DNA of 64,000 bases. It comes from Eledone cirrhosa. Taxonomy: Eukaryota. The notes under the pieces were generated by a model, which saw only the letters and a program-made list of their open reading frames with translations, was not told the DNA's origin and searched no databases. The DNA lies in NCBI GenBank assembly GCA_964016885.1, contig OZ024761.1, forward strand, positions 6,634,001 through 6,698,000, in the 5' to 3' direction. The position numbers were made by a program, and so were the translations under genes. Of this stretch, positions 1 to 11,306 are shown in pieces. Each line of letters starts with the position of its first letter. Position 1 is the first letter of the stretch.

Positions 1-54
1 TTGACAAAAGCTAATATGGAAGTAAGATTTATCTAATGTTGCTCAGAATTTTCT

Positions 55-1795
55 TCATTATTGCTTATTTTAAAGTCTTGTTTAGCTGCCGATAAATTTG
101 AAATCTATATGTTAGGTTGCTTATACCTACAAACCTTTCTTATGAGACTTACTACGGAATAAATTCTTAGCTGGAGATTTTACTTTGGGATAACGATCCT
201 CCCAAATCCATAACAGCTTGAATCAGATGTAGCAAAAACTTGACTGTGAATATAATTGTAGACGGAAAATGTGTTTGTTTATTCAATCTAAAGAGAAGGA
301 AAAGGAATTATAAGTCATGTGCAAAATTAACGTTTAAAGACATAATAAATGTATCTCTCTTTCGCTCTGGAAAAATAAATTGGCTGTTTTAGGATCAGGA
401 GGAGGGGAGAATTGACTCAGAAGGTTTAAAGGCACACATAGTGGAAAACAACATTTTAAAAATAATTATATCGTTTTCAAATTCACGTAAGTTAAATAAA
501 ATATATTTAAATGAATCTATAGATGGGATGTTGATATCTGCCAGGACTAAAACACATTTTCAAAGGAATAATAAAGAGAAATACCCACATCTCTAGTGGA
601 AATATTTCTGAGATTCGAAACCCTATCGATGTATGTATTTTGTAACTGAAAAATTATCAAAAAATAATGTACGTTTTTCACGCAAGTGAAATTAAAATGA
701 ATCTATATATAGGGTTTTTGATACCTGCCAGAGCTAATGAAATAGTAAAATTTTTTGTTTTCAATTACGTCAAGCATCGTATGTTCTTGTTTATTAAAGA
801 ACTGCTAAAATAGATTTAGTAAGTATTATGCCAAAATTTGTTTCTTAAGCGGTAATGATAGACTCCGTCTGTGCTAGAGTATGTTTACACACACTACATA
901 CATGCATATACATGAATTAATGGTTCATTAGCTTTATTTATCTATTTACACTTCTCGTAATAATTCGAGCGTTATTTTCTTCAGGAGAGACGTAGATAGA
1001 AAACGTTTGTGGCTTTAGTATTGCTTATTTTTATGTTTTGTTTAATTGCCAATAAATGTGAAATCTATTTGTTAGGTTACTTAGATCTACAAACCTTTCT
1101 TATGACACTTACTAATAATTCGAGCATGTCTTTCTTCGGGTGACAGGTAGATAGAAAAACGTTTGTTCAAAATTAACGTTTATAGACAAGAAAAGTATCT
1201 TTCTTTCTCTCTGGAAAAATAAATCGGCTGTTTTTAGACCAGGAGGAGACGAGGATTGACTCAGTCAGGTTTAAATGCATGCCCACATGGCGGTAATTAT
1301 GGCAGCCCTACAACAATAGTTAAGTGTCTATAACAACCACGAATTCATGAGACTGAAATCCTTACTAATGTATTTTTACTTTGGTACTTGAAAAGAAAAT
1401 TTTAAAAATAATTACATCCTTTTCACCTAAGTCAAATACTATGTACTTAAATGAATCTACAGATGAAGATGCAATATCTACTAGGACCTTGGAAATAGTG
1501 AAATATATATTTAAAAAAATTAAAACTACTTTTCAAATAAATAATAAAGATACACAAACACATCTCTCGTGGTGATATTTCTGAGATTGGAAACCTTATC
1601 AATGTATGTATTTTGTCACTGAAAAGTTATAAAGAAAATAATTAATATTATATATGTGTTTTTAGCATAAGTGAAATTAAAATGAGGTTTTCGATACCTG
1701 CCAGAGCTTAGGAAATAATAAAGTAATTTTTTTTTTCAATTATGTCAAACATCGTAGGTGGTTCTTTATTAAAGAAATGCTAAAATAGATTTAAA
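55..1795 (+). repeat. Old internal direct duplication within the unit (~55-820 vs ~1015-1795), each half with a nested ~190-230 bp sub-repeat
   Basis: Paired motifs: tacaaacctttcttatga (128/1088), ctctggaaaaataaat (365/1209), ttgactcag (412/1256), atatttctgagatt (602/1575), gatacctgccagagct (720/1693), tttattaaagaa..tgctaaaatagattta (789/1765). aatgaatcta recurs at 510, 697 and 1450. Confidence 0.9.
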
Positions 1796-1830
1796 TATAT
1801 CAAATTTGCACAGTAGAATTACGGCCGCTT

Positions 1831-2245
1831 GGTGGGCGTGTGGTAAAGTGGTGGTATCGTAGGTAGTGTAGTTAGGTAGTGAAGGTTCGAGCGTAGGGGG
1901 GAACTAAAAAGGTGGCTTCGAGATGACGGTGGCCCCGGTAGCCCAGAAGGTAGAGACCGTTCTTTTAATTAAAAAAATAAAAATACTTTAAATTTTAGAT
2001 AAAGAAGATTGAAAGCCTACCTCCAATCTATACATATATAAAGCATGCATAGATACAGCACTATAACCCACACGGCCACCTACAGACCAACAAATAAGTA
2101 GTGAAAATTAACACATTTAAAGTTATTTTATTGTTAGACTGAAAATAAGTTTATATAGATATATATTTAACAAAAAGTAATCGAAGGCTTTATAGTCTAG
2201 TGGTAAGACATAGAACTAGGGAATGCAGTGGTTGGCTTTCGAATC
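1831..2245. other. Cluster of degenerate tRNA-like (Pol III A/B-box) modules in alternating orientation, once per unit
   Basis: + strand 1831-1925 has A-box-like TGGTAAAGTGG and B-box-like GGTTCGAGC / GCTTCGAGA. 1931-1966 resembles a tRNA 5' arm (GGCCCCGGTAGCCCAGAAGGTAGAG) followed by TTTT. The - strand 2003-2080 reads ggtggccgtgtgggttatagtgctgtatc...ggtaggctttcaatc. The + strand 2186-2245 reads tagtctagtggt...ggttggctttcgaatc. No complete cloverleaf is visible. Confidence 0.5.
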
Positions 2246-2555
2246 AGATTATAATAACAATAATTTTTTTTTTTTTTTATCCTCATACTATAAGGAACTT
2301 ACCTGATTTGAACACGTAGTCATACCATTTAAAGCTTTATTTGTCTCTCCCTCATGGTAAGACAATCAGCATATAAATAAACATGCTTCAATTCAACACG
2401 TTTTCATACCATTTAAAACTTTCTTTAGAGATAAGGCAGACACACACAAATGCACTAGGTAGTAAACTATGAAGACTAAGTATGTCTATTAATATCAACG
2501 CGTCGTTAAATGTAGTGGTCATTTTATTGTTTAATGTACATAAACCCTTTAATAT

Positions 2556-2640
2556 AATTGTTTCTACTTTTGACATAAGACCAGCAATTGTCCCAGTGCA
2601 TTACTGATACTTCATTTTATCGATCCTGCAAGGTTGAACA
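2556..2640 (-). mobile_element. 5'-truncated, decayed tRNA-SINE fragment (same family as 48082 etc.), amplified with the unit
   Basis: aattgtttctacttttgacataagaccagcaattgtcccagtgcattactgatacttcattttatcgatcc matches the tail and core of the full SINE copies at 48082, 55696, 57702 and 59827. Confidence 0.85.
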
Positions 2641-3110
2641 TATAATACCATGTAAAAGATTTAAATGTCAGAAGGAATCATTTTTATTTTCTTGTTCCGT
2701 CAAACCTTGCGTTTATTCTGCACACACACTTGTGGTCGAAACACTTGCTTGAGGTGGGGTTTTTTTATTATAGAAAAACCTAAACTAAGTTCAATGTACT
2801 TAAACTATTGCAAACATTGTTTTTTACAGAAAGAAGGAAACAGGGAGTTCCATGGAGCCGACATTCTCGACAAGAAGGGTTAGACATGAGAAACTTTCGC
2901 TTTGTGGAGATTGACACAACATTGGGTGATGATACGAGGAGAGGAAAGGTTGTGGAGAGTGTCTGAGTGGAAGAGATGAAATGTGAGCAGTAACCTCCGA
3001 AGAGTTGAAATTACTAATTGAGATGAAATCATAGCTATGTTGACAATATATATTACAAACATGTAGTATAAATTAAACTAGTGTTATCCTGTAACACAGA
3101 AGACAAATAA

Positions 3111-3240
3111 AACATTACCTCTTGCATGCACCTCGTACCGGTGTAAACTAAATATGCCACCGGTGTAGCGTTTTTATAGTCTCTCCGCTTCATTATATCA
3201 TCGAGTAACTTGAAACTGAGTTCAAATCACCGGGAGGTAG
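3111..3240 (-). promoter_or_regulatory. Minus-strand promoter/first-exon cassette M1 (TATA, ACCGGT doublet, splice donor)
   Basis: On the - strand: TATAAAAA 3178-3171, ACCGGT at 3159-3164 and 3137-3142, GAG|GTAATG donor at 3118. Homologous to the + strand cassettes at 5386 and 5954. Confidence 0.5.
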
Positions 3241-3260
3241 AAATGTCACTTTAAAATGAA

Positions 3261-3327
3261 GACACAGCTTGCATATTGATTTGACACAGCTTGCATATTG
3301 ATTTCACACAGCTTGTATATTGATTTC
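3261..3327 (+). repeat. 22-bp tandem triplication (acacagcttgcatattgattt), copy number variable among units
   Basis: Three copies in most units, two in unit 3 (~16991), one in unit 7 (~44558). Confidence 0.9.
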
Positions 3328-3840
3328 ACGTTCAAAATAAAAGATACACACAAACACTATCCATCTATTTATCTCTTTCTATATATATATATATGATTAT
3401 ACCCAAAGATATCGATATTGAAACAATTCTAATATGCCAATAAAGTTAATATGTATGCTGTAACAGTCTTTTGGGTCTTACTTTTATTCACAATGTACAG
3501 TTGCTTTAATTCTGGAATAAAACCTAACTGAAACCGTCTTGTCACAATATGGAGTAGGGGCGAATCGCCTGTAACTCTAGTTACACAAAGAATGAAATAA
3601 ATATATATATATATATATATACATATATATTTTTTTGTATAACGGATGTGTATGTAAAATAATATAATTAATATTTGTGCCACAAACGGCGTGTTTACAT
3701 TAAATTCAATGCATGTATAACTACACATACAATGAGCTTTTTCGTTAAAAAACGTTAATATCATATTATTAAGAAAATTATTAATTTCTGGATGTGTTGT
3801 GAGTATATATATTCTAAAAGAGACGGGGTTTAAATGAAAC

Positions 3841-4055
3841 CATTACCTCTTATGAATAAATGTCAAACTGTTTAGAAATACGTGTATGTATACATACTCT
3901 ATTTAAGACGACATAACAAACTACCTTTCGTTAAAGAATGCCAAATAGATTATACTTGAGCAATAGCGGTGTAACACTAATTAAGTTACCGGTGTAGATA
4001 TATTAGTTTACCACTATCAACCGACTGCCCGGTAATTTGAATTCGAGTTCATAGT
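3841..4055 (-). promoter_or_regulatory. Minus-strand cassette M2 (ACCGGT doublet, two donor-like sites; TATA degenerate)
   Basis: AGCGGT 3965-3970 and ACCGGT 3988-3993 with spacer gtaacactaattaagtt. Minus-strand donor-like sites AAG|GTAGTT (3924) and GAG|GTAATG (3846). Confidence 0.4.
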
Positions 4056-4402
4056 GGAGGTTGTAAAAGAAAAATGTTTGGAAAATAGTAGACTCTAAAC
4101 CTGCTAGACACAGCAGTCAAATCGGTTCCTCAGGGTAATAGATGCAAGTAGCTGCGACTTACCCTGTAGGGAGGGGGGGGGGGGACAGTGATTAAAATTT
4201 ACTCAATATATTAATAGTGTGTAAAGAAATATATATATATATGTGTATGGGTGTGTGTTTATATATGCACACACACACACACATATATATTATATATGTA
4301 TGTATGTATACATATATATAAACACACGTATCTATATATACATACTTATCCATAAATATAAACATATTTAAATGTTTACATCAGCATATACATATATAAA
4401 CG

Positions 4403-4440
<38 letters not shown>

Positions 4441-4955
4441 AATGTGAAAACTAAAATCCAAAGAGAGCTCGATAAGGATTTTATGTATATATAAAATATA
4501 TATATATAAAATACCCTAGAACAAATATTTATAGTAAGAACAGATTAAAATGTATGCATATATATGTACATATATAGATATATATTTATTCATACATGCA
4601 TAGAGAACAACAGAAAAAGGTCGGACAATAGGAGTGAAAGACCCCAAAACAAAACAAAATAAGAAGGACTAGCTAGTAATAACAAGTGTGTACATGAAAA
4701 CTGCACACAAGTATTTTTTTTTATCCAAAAATTGGATTTAAGTCAGAGACGAGTTATCATTCGTGGCAAAAATTTCGTTTTTGTTTACATAAAATTTTCT
4801 TTTGTTTTGAAAAGTTAGAGGAGGAAAAAAGAAGAAGTTTTTCAATTTTCTCCACTTCCGATTATTTTCTACTGTATGCTAGAAAGAGCAGTGAAAGCAA
4901 TATATATATTTCATGACAATATATATTGTTTTAAAGCTAAATTATTAACAACAAT

Positions 4956-5126
4956 ACATCGTATTTGCCGGTCTATTGGACACCCCTTCTCATAAGGCGC
5001 TCCTCTATTTCTATTATATTTTACGTTACATTTTGTGGTTTATAGGCATTTCTATGGACCGCTTCCAATGTTCGCGCTTTTTCAATATACTCGGGTCCTC
5101 TAGGACCGTATCACGCGCAAATACCG
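4956..5126. mobile_element. Decayed TcMar (pogo/Tc2-like) MITE remnant
   Basis: Ends gtatttgc (4961) and gcaaatac (5117) are inverted repeats. The left end cgtatttgccggtctattggacac..ataaggcgc resembles the CCGTATTTTCCGGACTATAAGGCGCAC-type TIR of such MITEs. Confidence 0.45.
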
Positions 5127-5385
5127 GGGAATAACTGTATATGAATATATGGACTAATATACATTTAATTACACGCAAATTTATATAAATACCAATATAT
5201 ATACACTAATATATACCAACACATCTGTCTCTCTATGTATATATGAGTAACCGTTTACTACTCATTGGAGACAGAGTGAGAGATTTGGCTGCTACTTTTA
5301 GTAGATTTAGATACTTCGGCAAATGGTTTATTTTTTTTTTTATTCTCGGTACTCTGAACACGATTTGAAATGACTGGAGTGTGTC

Positions 5386-5811
5386 TATAAAAGGGTAAAC
5401 TGAAACTGTTGCACCGGTAACATTTTTAGTTTTACACCGGTATATCCGAGACATAATCTGTCTCGCATTCGTTCGTTAGAGGTAATGTTTCGTATGACGT
5501 CTGAGTTAGTGTATAACTGTAGCTTATTACCATACTTTCACACACATTATATCTATACACATATAGGATTTTATTATTAACTTTGTATTCTATCTAATGA
5601 GAAGAGTTAAAAATAATAAGTGAAGTTAAAACTAACGTATAATTATATAACAATAGTATATAATAGTTTTCTCCACGTTATTGAGATTCCAAAGTTTTAA
5701 AGAAAAAAATCATGATAGCAGAAGAAATATATTTAATATCGTAACAGATAATATTTCAGGCAGGATGGTCGTTTCTCTTGTCTTCTATCTGTAGTAGATT
5801 CGTCATGTTCC
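5386..5811 (+). promoter_or_regulatory. Cassette M3: TATA box, putative exon 1 (to 5481), intron 5482-5759, putative 52-nt exon 2 (5760-5811)
   Basis: TATAAAAG 5386-5393; ACCGGT at 5413 and 5436; GAG|GTAATG at 5481/5482; taatatttcAG acceptor at 5759; C|GTGAAT at 5811/5812. Confidence 0.5.
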
Positions 5812-5953
5812 GTGAATGTCACAGTTTATTATACATTGGAGACAGTGAGAGATTTGGCTACTATTTTTAGAAGATTTAGAAACTTCGGAAAACGGTTTAC
5901 TTTTTTTCTTATTCCCGGCAGTCTGACCAGGATTTGAAATGACTGGAGTGATT

Positions 5954-6423
5954 TATAAAAGGGTAAACTGAATTAGTTGCCCCGGTAATATATTTAGTGT
6001 TACACCGGTATTTCGGAAACATATTCAATTTGGTATTCGTTTGTAAGAGGTAATGGTTATTTTTTTCTTTTGCCGTCTGTGTTAGTGTAGAACTGTTCTA
6101 GATTGACGAGCTTGCTTTTTACAACTCGTTGTCAAAATACATATTATTTACTTTCACACAGACAATTATATTTATACAGATATAGGATTTTATTAAGTTT
6201 GTATTCCTTATAATAAAAGTTAGAAATAATAAGTCAAGTTAAAGAATTAAGTATAATCATATAACAAAAGTATATAATAGTTTCCTAGACTTTATTCAGA
6301 TTCAAGCGTTTTAAAGGAAAAACATGACAGTACAAGAAATATATTTAATATCATAACATATAATATTTCAGGTAGGCAGGTTGTTTCTGTTGTCTTCTAT
6401 CTCCAGTAGATTCGTCATGTTCA
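5954..6423 (+). promoter_or_regulatory. Cassette M4: TATA box, putative exon 1 (to 6049), intron 6050-6371, putative 52-nt exon 2 (6372-6423)
   Basis: TATAAAAG 5954-5961; CCCGGT 5981 and ACCGGT 6004; GAG|GTAATG at 6049/6050; taatatttcAG at 6371; A|GTGAGT consensus donor at 6423/6424. Confidence 0.55.
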
Positions 6424-9400
6424 GTGAGTGTCCTCTCCAGCCATAATTATGTCGTAGACGTAAGCAAATCTTGAGGCAGCCTTTTTGCTGGTACATTTAT
6501 TAGCATGAATTCATGTTTACCCTCCTCGTAATAATTTGTACGTTTTTTTTTTAAATTTAGGTAAGACCTATATAAATATAAACGTTTGTGGGTTTAGTAT
6601 ACCTTTAAGTTTAATTTCATTTAAAAAATACCTCTAACACAATTAGAACTGGAGCTACTAAGTTCTTGGCCACTAGAACATCTATTTGATAGAAGTTATT
6701 TCCTACTTCTATGCACTGTGAATATCCCTTCTACTTGTGTTTGTTAAAGAAACATTCTCTCATTTAGAAACCATGACTTCTTGTTAAATGAATGTTTTGT
6801 CTGGTCCAGTGTCAATAAGTGGCCTTGATTTTTGATTATTAATAAAGTTGAGGGGTCTACTGAATTGACAAAAGCTAATATGGAAGTAAGATTTATCTAA
6901 TGTTGCTCAGAATTTTCTTCATTATTGCTTATTTTAAAGTCTTGTTTAGCTGCCGATAAATTTGAAATCTATATGTTAGGTTGCTTATACCTACAAACCT
7001 TTCTTATGAGACTTACTACGGAATAAATTCTTAGCTGGAGATTTTACTTTGGGATAACGATCCTCCCAAATCCATAACAGCTTGAATCAGATGTAGCAAA
7101 AACTTGACTGTGAATATAATTGTAGACGGAAAATGTGTTTGTTTATTCAATCTAAAGAGAAGGAAAAGGAATTATAAGTCATGTGCAAAATTAACGTTTA
7201 AAGACATAATAAATGTATCTCTCTTTCGCTCTGGAAAAATAAATTGGCTGTTTTAGGATCAGGAGGAGGGGAGAATTGACTCAGAAGGTTTAAAGGCACA
7301 CATAGTGGAAAACAACATTTTAAAAATAATTATATCGTTTTCAAATTCACGTAAGTTAAATAAAATATATTTAAATGAATCTATAGATGGGATGTTGATA
7401 TCTGCCAGGACTAAAACACATTTTCAAAGGAATAATAAAGAGAAATACCCACATCTCTAGTGGAAATATTTCTGAGATTCGAAACCCTATCGATGTATGT
7501 ATTTTGTAACTGAAAAATTATCAAAAAATAATGTACGTTTTTCACGCAAGTGAAATTAAAATGAATCTATATATAGGGTTTTTGATACCTGCCAGAGCTA
7601 ATGAAATAGTAAAATTTTTTGTTTTCAATTACGTCAAGCATCGTATGTTCTTGTTTATTAAAGAACTGCTAAAATAGATTTAGTAAGTATTATGCCAAAA
7701 TTTGTTTCTTAAGCGGTAATGATAGACTCCGTCTGTGCTAGAGTATGTTTACACACACTACATACATGCATATACATGAATTAATGGTTCATTAGCTTTA
7801 TTTATCTATTTACACTTCTCGTAATAATTCGAGCGTTATTTTCTTCAGGAGAGACGTAGATAGAAAACGTTTGTGGCTTTAGTATTGCTTATTTTTATGT
7901 TTTGTTTAATTGCCAATAAATGTGAAATCTATTTGTTAGGTTACTTAGATCTACAAACCTTTCTTATGACACTTACTAATAATTCGAGCATGTCTTTCTT
8001 CGGGTGACAGGTAGATAGAAAAACGTTTGTTCAAAATTAACGTTTATAGACAAGAAAAGTATCTTTCTTTCTCTCTGGAAAAATAAATCGGCTGTTTTTA
8101 GACCAGGAGGAGACGAGGATTGACTCAGTCAGGTTTAAATGCATGCCCACATGGCGGTAATTATGGCAGCCCTACAACAATAGTTAAGTGTCTATAACAA
8201 CCACGAATTCATGAGACTGAAATCCTTACTAATGTATTTTTACTTTGGTACTTGAAAAGAAAATTTTAAAAATAATTACATCCTTTTCACCTAAGTCAAA
8301 TACTATGTACTTAAATGAATCTACAGATGAAGATGCAATATCTACTAGGACCTTGGAAATAGTGAAATATATATTTAAAAAAATTAAAACTACTTTTCAA
8401 ATAAATAATAAAGATACACAAACACATCTCTCGTGGTGATATTTCTGAGATTGGAAACCTTATCAATGTATGTATTTTGTCACTGAAAAGTTATAAAGAA
8501 AATAATTAATATTATATATGTGTTTTTAGCATAAGTGAAATTAAAATGAGGTTTTCGATACCTGCCAGAGCTTAGGAAATAATAAAGTAATTTTTTTTTT
8601 CAATTATGTCAAACATCGTAGGTGGTTCTTTATTAAAGAAATGCTAAAATAGATTTAAATATATCAAATTTGCACAGTAGAATTACGGCCGCTTGGTGGG
8701 CGTGTGGTAAAGTGGTGGTATCGTAGGTAGTGTAGTTAGGTAGTGAAGGTTCGAGCGTAGGGGGGAACTAAAAAGGTGGCTTCGAGATGACGGTGGCCCC
8801 GGTAGCCCAGAAGGTAGAGACCGTTCTTTTAATTAAAAAAATAAAAATACTTTAAATTTTAGATAAAGAAGATTGAAAGCCTACCTCCAATCTATACATA
8901 TATAAAGCATGCATAGATACAGCACTATAACCCACACGGCCACCTACAGACCAACAAATAAGTAGTGAAAATTAACACATTTAAAGTTATTTTATTGTTA
9001 GACTGAAAATAAGTTTATATAGATATATATTTAACAAAAAGTAATCGAAGGCTTTATAGTCTAGTGGTAAGACATAGAACTAGGGAATGCAGTGGTTGGC
9101 TTTCGAATCAGATTATAATAACAATAATTTTTTTTTTTTTTTATCCTCATACTATAAGGAACTTACCTGATTTGAACACGTAGTCATACCATTTAAAGCT
9201 TTATTTGTCTCTCCCTCATGGTAAGACAATCAGCATATAAATAAACATGCTTCAATTCAACACGTTTTCATACCATTTAAAACTTTCTTTAGAGATAAGG
9301 CAGACACACACAAATGCACTAGGTAGTAAACTATGAAGACTAAGTATGTCTATTAATATCAACGCGTCGTTAAATGTAGTGGTCATTTTATTGTTTAATG

Positions 9401-11268
9401 TACATAAACCCCTTAATATAATTGTTTCTACTTTTGACATAAGACCAGCAATTGTCCCAGTGCATTACTGATACTTCATTTTATCGATCCTGCAAGGTTG
9501 AACATATAATACCATGTAAAAGATTTAAATGTCAGAAGGAATCATTTTTATTTTCTTGTTCCGTCAAACCTTGCGTTTATTCTGCACACACACTTGTGGT
9601 CGAAACACTTGCTTGAGGTGGGGTTTTTTTATTATAGAAAAACCTAAACTAAGTTCAATGTACTTAAACTATTGCAAACATTGTTTTTTACAGAAAGAAG
9701 GAAACAGGGAGTTCCATGGAGCCGACATTCTCGACAAGAAGGGTTAGACATGAGAAACTTTCGCTTTGTGGAGATTGACACAACATTGGGTGATGATACG
9801 AGGAGAGGAAAGGTTGTGGAGAGTGTCTGAGTGGAAGAGATGAAATGTGAGCAGTAACCTCCGAAGAGTTGAAATTACTAATTGAGATGAAATCATAGCT
9901 ATGTTGACAATATATATTACAAACATGTAGTATAAATTAAACTAGTGTTATCCTGTAACACAGAAGACAAATAAAACATTACCTCTTGCATGCACCTCGT
10001 ACCGGTGTAAACTAAATATGCCACCGGTGTAGCGTTTTTATAGTCTCTCCGCTTCATTATATCATCGAGTAACTTGAAACTGAGTTCAAATCACCGGGAG
10101 GTAGAAATGTCACTTTAAAATGAAGACACAGCTTGCATATTGATTTGACACAGCTTGCATATTGATTTCACACAGCTTGTATATTGATTTCACGTTCAAA
10201 ATAAAAGATACACACAAACACTATCCATCTATTTATCTCTTTCTATATATATATATATGATTATACCCAAAGATATCGATATTGAAACAATTCTAATATG
10301 CCAATAAAGTTAATATGTATGCTGTAACAGTCTTTTGGGTCTTACTTTTATTCACAATGTACAGTTGCTTTAATTCTGGAATAAAACCTAACTGAAACCG
10401 TCTTGTCACAATATGGAGTAGGGGCGAATCGCCTGTAACTCTAGTTACACAAAGAATGAAATAAATATATATATATATATATATACATATATATTTTTTT
10501 GTATAACGGATGTGTATGTAAAATAATATAATTAATATTTGTGCCACAAACGGCGTGTTTACATTAAATTCAATGCATGTATAACTACACATACAATGAG
10601 CTTTTTCGTTAAAAAACGTTAATATCATATTATTAAGAAAATTATTAATTTCTGGATGTGTTGTGAGTATATATATTCTAAAAGAGACGGGGTTTAAATG
10701 AAACCATTACCTCTTATGAATAAATGTCAAACTGTTTAGAAATACGTGTATGTATACATACTCTATTTAAGACGACATAACAAACTACCTTTCGTTAAAG
10801 AATGCCAAATAGATTATACTTGAGCAATAGCGGTGTAACACTAATTAAGTTACCGGTGTAGATATATTAGTTTACCACTATCAACCGACTGCCCGGTAAT
10901 TTGAATTCGAGTTCATAGTGGAGGTTGTAAAAGAAAAATGTTTGGAAAATAGTAGACTCTAAACCTGCTAGACACAGCAGTCAAATCGGTTCCTCAGGGT
11001 AATAGATGCAAGTAGCTGCGACTTACCCTGTAGGGAGGGGGGGGGGGGGGACAGTGATTAAAATTTACTCAATATATTAATAGTGTGTAAAGAAATATAT
11101 ATATATATGTGTATGGGTGTGTGTTTATATATGCACACACACACACACATATATATTATATATGTATGTATGTATACATATATATAAACACACGTATCTA
11201 TATATACATACTTATCCATAAATATAAACATATTTAAATGTTTACATCAGCATATACATATATAAACG

Positions 11269-11306
<38 letters not shown>

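Larger units (their letters stand above)
5260..6430 (+). repeat. Internal direct duplication (~570-610 bp) of cassettes M3 and M4
   Basis: cattggagacag..tgagagatttggct (5263/5834), gatttgaaatgactggagtg (5362/5931), tataggattttatt (5562/6181), gtagattcgtcatgttc (5794/6406). Confidence 0.95.

Noticed and set aside
412-1264. TGACTCA AP-1 sites suggesting a crystallin-type promoter
   Set aside because: Two 7-mers from one duplication; no GST/S-crystallin coding sequence is present in the window.
1831-2245. Functional tRNA or 5S rRNA genes
   Set aside because: A/B-box-like motifs are present, but no acceptor/anticodon cloverleaf or 5S sequence could be built.
2297-2305. ACTTACCTG (U1 5' end), and U6-like acacgcaaatt (5171) and acttcggca (5313)
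   Set aside because: Isolated 9-11-nt matches with no further snRNA sequence.
3227-3250. TCACCGGG (miR-36-like seed) and TACCCTGTAG at ~4160 (miR-10-like start)
   Set aside because: The rest of each mature sequence does not match, and there is no convincing full pre-miRNA stem at 3227.
5413-5441. ACCGGT doublet as a pre-miRNA hairpin or spliced-leader RNA
   Set aside because: Only ~6-8 bp pair. The putative exon (~65 nt) is long for an SL, a TATA box and downstream acceptor are present, and no clear Sm site is conserved across paralogs.
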